From Gemmatimonadales bacterium (GTDB taxonomy: Bacteria > Gemmatimonadota > Gemmatimonadetes > Gemmatimonadales > GWC2-71-9): a stretch of DNA of 64,000 bases. The stretch lies in contig OZ252244.1 in assembly GCA_965249575.1 (NCBI GenBank), positions 3,392,001 through 3,456,000 of the forward strand, given 5' to 3'. The position numbers and the translations under genes were made by a program. The notes below the pieces were generated by a model. The model made no database searches. It was not told where the DNA came from and worked only from the letters and a program-made list of their open reading frames with translations. This document shows positions 7,897-17,738 of this stretch, piece by piece (positions within the stretch are counted from its first letter, which is position 1; every line of letters starts with the position of its first letter).

Positions 7897-8700
7897 ATGA
7901 TCAATTCACACGCAATCTCCAAGCGCCTGGGTGAGGGCCTGGCTGACAGCGCGATCGAGCGCCCTTGGTCTCGGCACAGCGGGGAGTTGTATTCGTGGGA
8001 AGAGTTGGGTTTGGGTGCCCTCGAAGAGGCATGTGGGTCAACCGACTCCACCGAATCGGGTAGTATGGGATCGCTGGTCGCTCATAGTGAAAAGATCCTC
8101 CTGGGTGCCGTGCAGGCACTGGCCCATGCGCTCGAGGCCAAGGACGCGTACACCTCGGGCCACTCGGCCCGGGTCAGCTCCTACTCGGTCGCGATTGCGC
8201 GTGCCATGGGCGGAAGCCTCATTGAAGTAGAAGAGGTCGCATTGGGGGCCGCGCTTCACGACGTCGGCAAGATCGGCATCCCCGAGCAATTGCTGCGAAA
8301 GCCGGGCCCGCTAACCGCCGCCGAACACCTCTGCGTCATGGAGCACACGGTGATCGGGGAACGCATACTGACTCCGCTGCTGGAGAGCAGGCCCCGCGTG
8401 CTGCAGATCGTCCGGTCGCACCACGAGCGCGTCGATGGACGCGGCACACCCGATGGTCTTCAGGGTGACGCGATTCCGATGTTTGCCCGCATCGTCGCGG
8501 TGGCGGACGCGTTCGACGCGATGACCAGCGCCCGGCCCTACCGAGCCTCTCTCGATCCGTGCGTGGCGCTCAGAGAGCTCGACGACAACGCCGGCACGCA
8601 GCTCGACCCAGCATGCGTGGCGGCCTTCTACGCCGTCCTGCTCGGCAGCCACCACCCGAGCGAGCAGGAGTGGACCGGATTGAAATCGATCGCCGCCTAG
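7897..8700 (+). CDS. HD-GYP domain protein (putative cyclic dinucleotide phosphodiesterase)
   Basis: EAKDAYTSGHSARV, LHDVGKIGIP, HHERVDGRGTPDGL (GTP in place of GYP) and IVAVADAFDAMTSARPYR. The start at 7897 follows GGAGG and lies downstream of the sigma54 promoter. Confidence 0.9.
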   Translation: MINSHAISKRLGEGLADSAIERPWSRHSGELYSWEELGLGALEEACGSTDSTESGSMGSLVAHSEKILLGAVQALAHALEAKDAYTSGHSARVSSYSVAIARAMGGSLIEVEEVALGAALHDVGKIGIPEQLLRKPGPLTAAEHLCVMEHTVIGERILTPLLESRPRVLQIVRSHHERVDGRGTPDGLQGDAIPMFARIVAVADAFDAMTSARPYRASLDPCVALRELDDNAGTQLDPACVAAFYAVLLGSHHPSEQEWTGLKSIAA

Positions 8701-8926
8701 TCGACCGGGCCATCGGGTCCCCCTCCCAACCTCCCCCAACCCTCATAGCGCCGGTGGTCGGTCCACTGGCGTGAACAATGGACCCCCGCCCGACGTTCGG
8801 GTACATTCACGCGCTCAATACCGATTCTCGTCAGGTGAATTTGAGAATGGAACGTGGACGCGTCTGCATCGGTCGTGTGCCGAGCAGGAACGCCGATCCC
8901 AACCGTTGACAACCGGAGATCAGACC

Positions 8927-10273
8927 ATGAGACGCGGGCTTCTCCCGTTCGTCCTCTCGTTACTGATGAGCGCCGCTTCACTCCAGGGCCAGCAGGTGTG
9001 GCCCGCTCCCGACCCCGATTTGCTCACGCGGGCAAAGGCGCTACTCAGCGAGGCGCCGCTCATTGATGGGCACAACGATCTGGCGACGTCGCTCCTCCGT
9101 GTCGTGGGCGGCAATCTGGAGCGCACAGACCTGACCGCGCGCCAGCCCGAACTCTCTGCGGATCTCCCGCGGCTCCGCGAGGGAATGGTTGGCGGGCAGT
9201 TTTGGTCGGCGTGGTCCCCGTCGGCGACCCAGCGAAGCGGGACAGCCCTGCTGGAAGGGCTAAAGGAAGTCGACCTGATTCACCAGTTCGTAGACCTCCA
9301 TCCCGAACTCCAGTTCGTGGAATCGGCCGATGACATCGAGCGGCTTTTCCGAGAGGGAAAGATCGCGTCGATGATCGGGCTCGAGGGAGCCCACATGATC
9401 GCAAATTCGCTCGCAGCGCTGAGGCTCTACCGCCGGTTGGGCGTGCGGTACATGACGCTCACGCACTTTGGCAACACCGATTGGGCGGACGCTGCGACGG
9501 ACGCACCACGGCATGGTGGCTTGACCGAGTTCGGCGAAGAGGTGGTTCGGGAGATGAACCGGCTCGGGATCTTCGTGGATCTGTCGCATGTGAGTCCTGC
9601 GACGATGGACGACGCGCTGCGCGTGAGTCGCGCTCCGGTCATCTACTCACATTCGAATGCGTGGGCCATCAACGCCCATCCCAGGAACGTTCCCGATCAC
9701 ATCCTGCGGCGAGTCGCTGCCAACGGCGGCGTTGTGATGGTGAACTTTATCGCCGGTTACGTTCCGCCCACCGATCCTGAGTGGCGAAGCCGGCGGGGAC
9801 CCGAGGCGGAACAAGTGCGCGTCGCGTCGGCCCGCACAGGGGATGAGCCAGTCTGGGGCAGCAGGCGGGATTTGGTTCTCGAGCGCCTGCGGGCGGAGCT
9901 CGATGACGAACGGGAGATCGCCAGCCGCCTCGGGGAGTGGGCTCAGCAGAATCCGATGCCGCGAGGCAACATCGGTGACGTTGCTGACCACATCGACCAT
10001 ATCTGCCAGGTCGCCGGAATCGATCATGTCGGGATCGGCTCGGATTTTTACGACAACGGTGAGTCCTCAATGGCATACGGCCTGGAGGATGTCAGCCAGT
10101 ATCCCGTGCTGTTTGCCGAGCTTCTGCGCCGCGGCTACAGCGATCAAGACGTCAAAAAGATCGCGGGGCTCAACCTCATCGGGGCCATGCGCGAAATGGA
10201 GCGGGTAGCGGGCGAATTACAGGCCGAGACGGAGCCCTCCGCGGTTCAGTACCCAGGCGAGTTGGTCCAGTAG
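8927..10273 (+). CDS. Secreted membrane dipeptidase (peptidase M19 family)
   Basis: Signal peptide MRRGLLPFVLSLLMSAASLQG; LIDGHND, GLEG, YMTLTH, VDLSH, SHS and GIGSDF motifs. Confidence 0.9.
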   Translation: MRRGLLPFVLSLLMSAASLQGQQVWPAPDPDLLTRAKALLSEAPLIDGHNDLATSLLRVVGGNLERTDLTARQPELSADLPRLREGMVGGQFWSAWSPSATQRSGTALLEGLKEVDLIHQFVDLHPELQFVESADDIERLFREGKIASMIGLEGAHMIANSLAALRLYRRLGVRYMTLTHFGNTDWADAATDAPRHGGLTEFGEEVVREMNRLGIFVDLSHVSPATMDDALRVSRAPVIYSHSNAWAINAHPRNVPDHILRRVAANGGVVMVNFIAGYVPPTDPEWRSRRGPEAEQVRVASARTGDEPVWGSRRDLVLERLRAELDDEREIASRLGEWAQQNPMPRGNIGDVADHIDHICQVAGIDHVGIGSDFYDNGESSMAYGLEDVSQYPVLFAELLRRGYSDQDVKKIAGLNLIGAMREMERVAGELQAETEPSAVQYPGELVQ

Positions 10274-10479
10274 TCGCTCGCCGCGCGTAACACGGGCAGC
10301 GCTTGGCCTGCGGTCGGGGCGCACGGATGCGTGACGGGCGCTCTCCACTGCGAACGACGTGATGTTATCCCCTCCTTCCACTCCATCCGTGCTACAGGTC
10401 GTTGGTCTCCGGACCTTACCGACCGCACCGCCAGCAACATGCCGGGGAACCACAGGGTAGTCGCTTCTGTTACCCTGTC

Positions 10480-11601
10480 GTGAAACGCCAATCGATTGCC
10501 CGACTGGCAGCGGCTGTTGGAGCGCTGCCGGTGATAGGGTGTGCCGGCACCGATCCATTCGCGGTCGCCGATGACGGGTTCGACATATCCAGTTGCTCCG
10601 TGCCGCAGGTCGAGCTCTTCCTTTGTGGTCCAGCACGGGATGGCATTCCAGCGCTCAATGATTCCAACATCGTCCCAGCCTCGGACCTTCCGGCATCCTT
10701 GGTCACCGGGCGGGTGCTCGGGGTAGAAATGAACGGCGAGGCCCGCGCGTACCCTTTGACGGTGCTCTGGTGGCACGAGATCGTCAACGACACGCTGGGC
10801 GGAGAACCGATTGTCGTTTCGTATTGTCCCCTGACCGGATCGGGCCTCGCGTTTGACCCCCGCGTAAACGGCGAGGTGCTCAACTTCGGCGTCTCCGGCG
10901 TTCTCTTTGAAAACAACCTGGTCATGTTCGATCGCCAATCTGAGAGCCTTTGGAGCCAGCTCGGAGTGTCCGGCATCTGTGGGGCCGCTCGCGACCAGCA
11001 ATTGAATCGATTGCCGGTCGTCGAAACGGCCACGTGGTGGTGGGTGGCGCTACATCCCAACGCCACGGTGGTCACGCAGAATACCGGGCACGCAAGACCG
11101 TATGGTGTGTATCCGTACGGGACGTATAACTCACCGACAAAACGACACGCTTCAGTTCCCCAGCTCGCCGTTCAGCGATGCACGGCCTCCCAAGGACCTC
11201 GTACTTGGAGTCGTCGAGGGGGATGCCGCCGCCGCCTAGCCCTTCAACGAACTGGCGCTGAGCGGGAGCACCGCGGTGCTGAACGACACGCTCGGTCGCC
11301 GGCCGATCGCGATCGTCAATACGTCGAGGGGGGAATGGCGCGCGCTTTCGATCGCACCGTCGATGGCCAGGTGCTCACTCTCAGGATCAACGAGTTCAAC
11401 ACGCCGACCCTCATCGACGCGGAGACCGGGTCCACTTGGAGTGTCCAGGGCCAGGCCACGGCCGGCCCGTTGGCGGGCATGAGGCTCGAGCCCCTCGAAG
11501 ACGCCTACGTCGTGTTTTGGTTTGCCTGGTCGGTATTCCATCCCGACACTCGCCTGTTCGACAACCCTATCGGCGGCTCGGCTGCCCTGCAGGACGACTG
11601 A
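10480..11601 (+). pseudogene. DUF3179-family lipoprotein with two compensating frameshifts and a TAG in the homologous frame
   Basis: DGIPAL, RAYPL, WHEIVNDT, YCPLTGSG, LFENNLVMFDRQSESLWSQ and FWFAW motifs. From about 11140 to 11330 the family-like sequence (PKDLVLGV...AAA*PFNEL...VLNDTLGRRPIAIV) lies in a shifted frame, with TAG at 11237-11239. Confidence 0.7.
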
Positions 11602-11625
11602 CGCGTCCGAGTCCCGGGTCCCCGT

Positions 11626-13158
11626 TCAGTCTAACCTCCAATTCCATCCTAAACTGTACGAGATCCCTAGCCTTCCCACGAACCTGGTCTTGGACATTCC
11701 GAGCACATGGCCCGAGTTACCGATGTGATGGAGGCCTGCGTTCAGGTCCAAATCGAGCGAGCGGAAGAGCTGGGCGCGCGCGCCGACGGCCACGCGGAGC
11801 GTGCGCTCCACGGTTCCGATGAACACCGTGGGAATGGTAGGGTCCGGGATGGGCGGGAACGGGTCCCGGATGTCCCCTTCGCCTTGGAAGAGCAGGGTCA
11901 CCTCGGGCGATATCACCACCATCGGTTGGGGCAGGACGGTGGCGATCAGCGAGACCTGCGCGTAGTCGCTGAAGTTTCGTCCGAGGCCGACATTGCGGAC
12001 CAGGAGCGAGTACTCTGGTCCCTGGGGACTGCGGTACGCCAGGCTCGTGACGACGGTGCCCAATAGGCGGACCGCCGTCACCGGGGAGAACGGGATGTCG
12101 ACCAGTCCGGTTGCGGCGAACCGGTCTTGCGCCGAGCTCGGGGCACCGCCGAGAGACACGAGTAGGGGGATTGAGCTCAGATCGTCGACGAGGAGGCTCC
12201 CCTGCAGGGTAGTGCCCTGGGGGAATGCAAGCCGTAGCTCGAAGCCGAAGACGGAGTTGATCGAGTCGGCAAGGCCCTCGTCGTTTCGGGTCATGAACGA
12301 GAGGGTGAACGGGTTGAGCCAATGCAGCTCCCACCCACGGCCGACCCCCTGCCACAGCGTGCCATGGGTGAAACTCGCGGTGAGCCAATCCTCGGGTTGA
12401 AGTACCAACCGGTATGACGCCCAGTAGCGGCGGATGGCATTCCCGGTCGAGTCCGCGAAATCGTCCAACTGCGTAATGAGAGCTTCCATTCGCAGCGCCC
12501 GCGTTCCAAGATGTGCCGCCAGGTGATCGTAGGAGTACGGCTGTGGCGAGATGAGCATACCTGCGAACCCGGGTGGGCCCCAGTTGCGGCCCATCCTTCC
12601 GAAAAACATCTCCCCGTACTTCGCCTGCAGGCTCACATACGTATCGGTGAATCGCCCGGCGAACGTTGTCGAGCGCCTGCCCGCCCAGTCCGGATCCTTC
12701 GTGAGACGGCGCTCGGAGTAGGGGCGAATGGACATGACCGCGGGCCCAATCGTGGCGTCCAACTGCGCCCCGAAGTGCGGTGATACGTTGTCCCCTCCGG
12801 TCTCGCGCAGGGGATCTCGCCTGGCATGAGTTGCGAACGACGTGCCGCCCCACAACTCGAGACCAGCGTGCGGTGTGCCCCCCGCCGCAGAGAGCTCCTC
12901 GCGCAGATAACGAATCGTTGCCCGAACGCCCCCTTGTAGTCCCGTCGTGTCAGTTGCGGCGAGGGCCGCGAGGATCTCGTGTCGCTTGAAGGGGCGGGTC
13001 AGCGGTTTGGGGTCGTCAATCACGCCCGCCCTGACCAGGTGCTCGACGTAGGGGGTGATCCGGCCTTCGATTGGGACATATCGGGAGGGAGCTTGGCCGG
13101 GTAGCGCGGACGCGACGCCCGGGAGCAGCGCCCACAGCAGGGCGGCGGTTCGCTTCAT
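11626..13158 (-). CDS. Outer-membrane protein, Wzi (capsule assembly)-like
   Basis: Signal peptide MKRTAALLWALLPG; FGRMGRNWGP motif resembles the Wzi family; terminal aromatic beta strand. Confidence 0.6.
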   Translation of the reverse strand: MKRTAALLWALLPGVASALPGQAPSRYVPIEGRITPYVEHLVRAGVIDDPKPLTRPFKRHEILAALAATDTTGLQGGVRATIRYLREELSAAGGTPHAGLELWGGTSFATHARRDPLRETGGDNVSPHFGAQLDATIGPAVMSIRPYSERRLTKDPDWAGRRSTTFAGRFTDTYVSLQAKYGEMFFGRMGRNWGPPGFAGMLISPQPYSYDHLAAHLGTRALRMEALITQLDDFADSTGNAIRRYWASYRLVLQPEDWLTASFTHGTLWQGVGRGWELHWLNPFTLSFMTRNDEGLADSINSVFGFELRLAFPQGTTLQGSLLVDDLSSIPLLVSLGGAPSSAQDRFAATGLVDIPFSPVTAVRLLGTVVTSLAYRSPQGPEYSLLVRNVGLGRNFSDYAQVSLIATVLPQPMVVISPEVTLLFQGEGDIRDPFPPIPDPTIPTVFIGTVERTLRVAVGARAQLFRSLDLDLNAGLHHIGNSGHVLGMSKTRFVGRLGISYSLGWNWRLD

Positions 13159-13248
13159 GGAACGCAATTTGTATGAATCCCGGGCCCGGGAGAAGGGAAC
13201 TGTGTAAGTTGCCGCTATCACTCGCTCAGCAGCGACTCGTCCGGATCG

Positions 13249-14250
13249 ATGACACCACTCACCGTTGAGTCTGTCCGAGGACATCTGGTCGAAACCGTCC
13301 ATCGCGTTTCGGCTGCCATCGTCGACGTCGACGGCCGTCTCGTCGCGCGGGCGGGCGACCCCGACCTGCTGTCGCCCATGCGCTCCGTGGCGAAACCCTT
13401 TCAGGCCGTGCCGGTGGTTGCCGACGGAGCGTTCGAGCGGTTCGGGATGACAACCGAAGAGCTGGCCATGACGTGCGCCTCGCACAGTGCAGAGCTGCGG
13501 CACATCGAGATCGTGCGCAGCTTGCTACGGCGCGTGGGGTGCGAGGAAGGGGATCTAGTCTGCGGTCCACATGCTTCGCTCGCGGCAGAGCTTGCGGTCG
13601 GCGAGCTCGTACCACCCGATCGCTCAGCCGACGAGCGGCCGTCGTCTCTGGCCAGCAATTGCTCGGGGAAACACGCCGGAATGCTAGCACTGGCACGGCA
13701 TCATGGATGGGATGTACGGGGCTACAACCGGGCGACCCATCCAGTGCAGCAGCGGTGCCGCCACGAAGTGGCCCGCTGGACCGATATCCCCGCGGACCGG
13801 TTGGGCGAGGCGGTGGACGGTTGCGGCGTGGTGTGTTTCGGAGGGCCGTTGCGCAACATCGGGCTTGGTTTCGCGCGGATCGCGCGATCCGACGATCTCT
13901 CTGCCCGCCAGGTGGTCGCCGCGATGTGGGCGCACTCCGGGCTCGTGGCCGGTCGCGGTAGACTGTGCACAGCCCTCATGACGAGCTACGCCGGGAGAGT
14001 CCTCGCGAAAGTGGGTGCTGCTGGCCTCTACGGGTTGGCGCTTCCGGAGCCGGGCTTCGGGATTGCGCTGAAAGTCGAAGATGGCAACGCGCGGGCCGCC
14101 ATGGTCGCCACGGTCAGGATATTGGCGGAGCTTGGGCTCGAGCCGTCGCCAGCCGATCAGTGTCGCCGATTTGGTGAGATCGCGGTGTTGAACACAAGGG
14201 GCGAGCCCGTCGGGATCGTGCGGGCCGTTGGCTCGCTGGCGTTCGAATGA
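13249..14250 (+). CDS. L-asparaginase II (Rhizobium-type) family protein
   Basis: RG..VE..H, RSxAKPFQA, CASH, NCSGKHAGML, VDGCG and ALKVEDG motifs. Confidence 0.9.
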   Translation: MTPLTVESVRGHLVETVHRVSAAIVDVDGRLVARAGDPDLLSPMRSVAKPFQAVPVVADGAFERFGMTTEELAMTCASHSAELRHIEIVRSLLRRVGCEEGDLVCGPHASLAAELAVGELVPPDRSADERPSSLASNCSGKHAGMLALARHHGWDVRGYNRATHPVQQRCRHEVARWTDIPADRLGEAVDGCGVVCFGGPLRNIGLGFARIARSDDLSARQVVAAMWAHSGLVAGRGRLCTALMTSYAGRVLAKVGAAGLYGLALPEPGFGIALKVEDGNARAAMVATVRILAELGLEPSPADQCRRFGEIAVLNTRGEPVGIVRAVGSLAFE

Positions 14251-14349
14251 CTGAGCGCGCGGCACTACGATGCGAAGCCGCGCGGCGGGAGGCCTAGTGT
14301 TGAGCGGTTCGTGGAAAGGGGTAAAGCCAGGGTGCAGGCCGGCTGACTG

Positions 14350-15366
14350 ATGGCATTCATCGATCAGGCCGTGGTCAAGGTAACGGCCGGCACCGGTGGA
14401 TCCGGCGCGGAGTCGTTCCGGCGGGAGAAGTACGTGGCCAAAGGGGGGCCCGACGGTGGCGACGGAGGGCGTGGCGGCAGCGTGTGCGTGCGCGCGGACC
14501 CGCAACTCGCCACCCTGCTCGACTATCGATACCGCACCCATTGGAAGGGTGAGCGCGGAGCGCACGGCTCGGGTGGAAACAAGACGGGTAAGTCGGGGGA
14601 CGACGTCACTCTGCCGGTGCCCCTCGGGACTGAGATTCGCGACGCCGATACCGGCGCGTTCGTCGGTGAGGCGCTCGAGGCAGACGGTGTGATATGTGTC
14701 GCCAGAGGTGGACGAGGCGGCCGGGGAAATGCCCGCTTCGCAACACCGACCCACCAGGCGCCGAGGGAATGGGAGCCGGGCGAGCAAGGTGAGGAGCGGC
14801 GCATCGAGCTCCTCCTCAAGCTGATCGCCGATGTCGGCCTGCTCGGTGCGCCGAACGCCGGAAAGAGTACGTTGCTTTCCGTGATTTCGGCGGCGCGACC
14901 GAAAATCGCCGATTACCCGTTCACAACGCTCGCTCCGCAGCTCGGTGTCGTGGTGCTGTCTGGCTCCCGCTCCATGGTCGTGGCCGACGTTCCCGGAATT
15001 GTTGAAGGCGCTCATGAGGGGAAAGGGCTCGGACATCAGTTCCTGCAACACGTCGAGCGCACGCGGGTGCTCGCGTGCCTCGTGGCACTGGATCTGCCAG
15101 ACCCCCAGTCGGAGTATCAGCGGCTCCGAAGCGAAGTGGCACAGTTCAGTCCGGAGCTCGCGAAAAAACCGCACCTGGTGGTTCTCACGAAGAGTGACCT
15201 CGTTGGGCCGGTCGGCGTTCCGCAGCTCCACGCCCCAGCGGCCCTGCAGGTGCTCGCCATTTCGGCGGTGGCCAACCGGGGGCTCGACGACATGAACGAG
15301 GCGCTCTGGCGCGCGCTCCGAGACGCCGCCGCGCCGGGTACCGAACCGCCGGTCACGATTCCCTGA
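14350..15366 (+). CDS. obgE: GTPase ObgE/CgtA
   Basis: FRREKYVAKGGPDGGDGG, GAPNAGKSTL, YPFTT and DVPG motifs. Confidence 0.97.
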   Translation: MAFIDQAVVKVTAGTGGSGAESFRREKYVAKGGPDGGDGGRGGSVCVRADPQLATLLDYRYRTHWKGERGAHGSGGNKTGKSGDDVTLPVPLGTEIRDADTGAFVGEALEADGVICVARGGRGGRGNARFATPTHQAPREWEPGEQGEERRIELLLKLIADVGLLGAPNAGKSTLLSVISAARPKIADYPFTTLAPQLGVVVLSGSRSMVVADVPGIVEGAHEGKGLGHQFLQHVERTRVLACLVALDLPDPQSEYQRLRSEVAQFSPELAKKPHLVVLTKSDLVGPVGVPQLHAPAALQVLAISAVANRGLDDMNEALWRALRDAAAPGTEPPVTIP

Positions 15367-15369
15367 GCG

Positions 15370-16515
15370 GTGGCCACTCTCGCGTATACGACCCTGGCTC
15401 TGGTCCCGGGCATTGGCCGATCGCGCCTTCAAGCACTAATCGCGCGTTTCGGGTCCGCGGAGCGAGCGCTCGATGCCTCGCTCGCCGCGCTTCAGGACGC
15501 GCCGGGCATCTCACGGGCGGCTGCGACGGCAATTCGGGGCGCGTCCCGCGAGCGGACCCGCCGGCTTTTCGGGGAGCTGCGAAGGGTCGGTGGCGCGGCA
15601 CTGGCACCCGACGACGCAGATTTCCCGCGATTTCTGCGGGAAATTCCCGACGCGCCGTCACTCCTCTTCGTGGCAGGCCGGGCTGACCTGCTGCACCGTC
15701 CGGCAGTTGCCATTGTTGGGAGCCGGTCGCACACACGCTACGGCGCGGATGTCTGCCGCCACTTCGCCGGAGGGCTGGTCCGGCACGGGGTGACGATCGT
15801 ATCAGGGATGGCTCGGGGGATCGACGCGATTGCCCACGCGGCCGCGCTCGATGCGGGTGGGACGACCGCGGGGATCCTCGGAAACGGGCTGGGAATCGTG
15901 TATCCCGCGGCGAACCGCTCGTTGTATGAGCGGGTCGCGAGTCACGGATGCCTGGTCACGGAGCATCCACCCGGTGAGCGGCCCCACGCCGGCAGCTTCC
16001 CCAAACGCAACCGTCTGATTAGCGGACTCGCGCGCGCCACGGTCGTAATTGAAGCCGGCCAGAGAAGTGGCGCCCTCATTACGGTCGATTGTGCGCTCGC
16101 TCAAGGGCGTGAGGTCCTGGCAGTTCCGGGCCCGGTTACCAGTCCCCAATCGGCCGGTTGCAACCGCCTCATACAGCTGGGTGCGAAACCCGCGCTCGGC
16201 TTGAGGGACATCCTCGAAGAGTGCGACCTCCCGTTTTCGGGCGCGCCGGCCATTTCCATCCCCAAGGATCTCTCAAATCGCGAACGCCAAGTCATGAGCC
16301 TTCTCAGTGACGGACGTCGGCATGTGGATGAGGTCGCGAGCGCGGTCAATGCGCCACTTGCCACAGTGCTCGCGACGCTCACTTCGCTGGAGGTGCGCGG
16401 GCTCGTCGCGCAGAGTCCTGGAAAGCACTTTGAGGTGCACACCTGCCTCGGGTGGCAGGACGACATGCTGAATCGCCCGTTGCCGGTATGTGTGCCCGCC
16501 CGCGGACGGTCGTAG
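15370..16515 (+). CDS. dprA: DNA-processing protein DprA
   Basis: VAIVGSR, IVSGMARGID, FPKRNRLISGL and SGALIT motifs; C-terminal winged helix. Confidence 0.95.
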   Translation: MATLAYTTLALVPGIGRSRLQALIARFGSAERALDASLAALQDAPGISRAAATAIRGASRERTRRLFGELRRVGGAALAPDDADFPRFLREIPDAPSLLFVAGRADLLHRPAVAIVGSRSHTRYGADVCRHFAGGLVRHGVTIVSGMARGIDAIAHAAALDAGGTTAGILGNGLGIVYPAANRSLYERVASHGCLVTEHPPGERPHAGSFPKRNRLISGLARATVVIEAGQRSGALITVDCALAQGREVLAVPGPVTSPQSAGCNRLIQLGAKPALGLRDILEECDLPFSGAPAISIPKDLSNRERQVMSLLSDGRRHVDEVASAVNAPLATVLATLTSLEVRGLVAQSPGKHFEVHTCLGWQDDMLNRPLPVCVPARGRS

Positions 16516-16578
16516 CCAGCCGTCGGCTCGGAAGGAGTGGAACCTACCTCCGGCGCGAGCCAGTCGATACACTGACGT

Positions 16579-17712
16579 ATGCGGCACGTTTACACCCACG
16601 TCCCGTTTTGCCTCCGGAGATGCTCGTACTGTGATTTCGCGATCGCGGTGCGGCCGCGGCTGCCCGCGACGGCCTTCCTCGAGGCCATCGGGTCAGAGAT
16701 CGTCCTGCGAGGACGCGAGCTTGACGATCGTGAGGCTCTGGAAACGATCTACGTGGGGGGTGGTACGCCGTCGCTGCTCCCACCGCGCGATCTCTCACGG
16801 CTCGTGCGGGCCGTTGCCGCTGCTGCGAGCGGCGATCACGGGCCCCAACATCCGGTTGAGATAACCGTCGAGGCAAATCCCGAGGACGTGACGCCGGAGG
16901 CCGCGGCGACTTGGATCGCCGCCGGCGTCAATCGCGTTTCGCTCGGTGTTCAGTCGTTCGATGAGTCCGTCCTGCAGTGGATGCACCGTAGCCACGGCGC
17001 AGACACACCGGCCCGGGCGGTGCGCGCGTTGCGAGAGGCGGGGTGTGAGTCGCTATCCTTGGACGTAATTTTCGGAGTTCCCGAGGGGTTGGGAACGGGC
17101 GTTGCAGAAGATCTCCGTCGGGCGCTCGACCTGGAGCCGGATCACCTATCTGTCTATGGCCTGACGGTGGAACCTCGTACCCCGCTTTCTCGATGGGTTG
17201 CGCGTGGGTCCGTGCGATCCGTCTCCTCTGGGCGCTTCGCGGAGGAGTTCGTTTACGCGGACGCGTTTCTCTCGGACGGCGGTTTTGAGCATTACGAAGT
17301 CTCGAATTATGCCCGGCCCGGCCATCGGGCGCGCCACAATGCCGCCTATTGGACGGGAGATCCCTATCTGGGGCTCGGGCCAGCGGCGCATTCCAACTCC
17401 CGCACAGCCCGGAGATGGAACCTCAGGGAGTGGGCGGACTACGAGCGGGTGGTCAAGGCTGGACGTGATCCCGTAGCAGGTCGGGAGGCCCCGTCTGCGG
17501 AGGCTCGCCTACTGGAGCGGGTTCTCCTGGGCCTCCGGACGGTGGAGGGGATAGGAAGCGACCTGGCAGCGTGCATTCCCGATCGAGTGTGGGAGGAGGC
17601 CGATCGGTACGGGTGGGTGCGCGAGCGGAATGAGCGGGTGTCACTCACCCCGCAGGGCTGGCTGCGGATGGACGAGATTGCGGCCTTGACCACCCCGGCA
17701 GATGGTGGCTAA
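16579..17712 (+). CDS. hemW: Radical SAM heme chaperone HemW
   Basis: YTHVPFCLRRCSYCDF, GGGTPS, EANPE, SLGVQSF, YEVSNY and HN..YW motifs; sits upstream of hrcA. Confidence 0.9.
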   Translation: MRHVYTHVPFCLRRCSYCDFAIAVRPRLPATAFLEAIGSEIVLRGRELDDREALETIYVGGGTPSLLPPRDLSRLVRAVAAAASGDHGPQHPVEITVEANPEDVTPEAAATWIAAGVNRVSLGVQSFDESVLQWMHRSHGADTPARAVRALREAGCESLSLDVIFGVPEGLGTGVAEDLRRALDLEPDHLSVYGLTVEPRTPLSRWVARGSVRSVSSGRFAEEFVYADAFLSDGGFEHYEVSNYARPGHRARHNAAYWTGDPYLGLGPAAHSNSRTARRWNLREWADYERVVKAGRDPVAGREAPSAEARLLERVLLGLRTVEGIGSDLAACIPDRVWEEADRYGWVRERNERVSLTPQGWLRMDEIAALTTPADGG

Positions 17713-17738
17713 ATTCAAGGGACAACAGGACTTGTAGC

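Noticed and set aside
11237..11239. Stop-codon recoding (Sec/Pyl) in DUF3179
   Set aside because: The codon is TAG at a Tyr-like position in a frameshifted segment, and no recoding machinery is in view.
13684..15432. Long antisense ORFs (this one, 39445-40737, 41958-43013 and others)
   Set aside because: Expected shadows of real genes in high-GC DNA; no family motifs.
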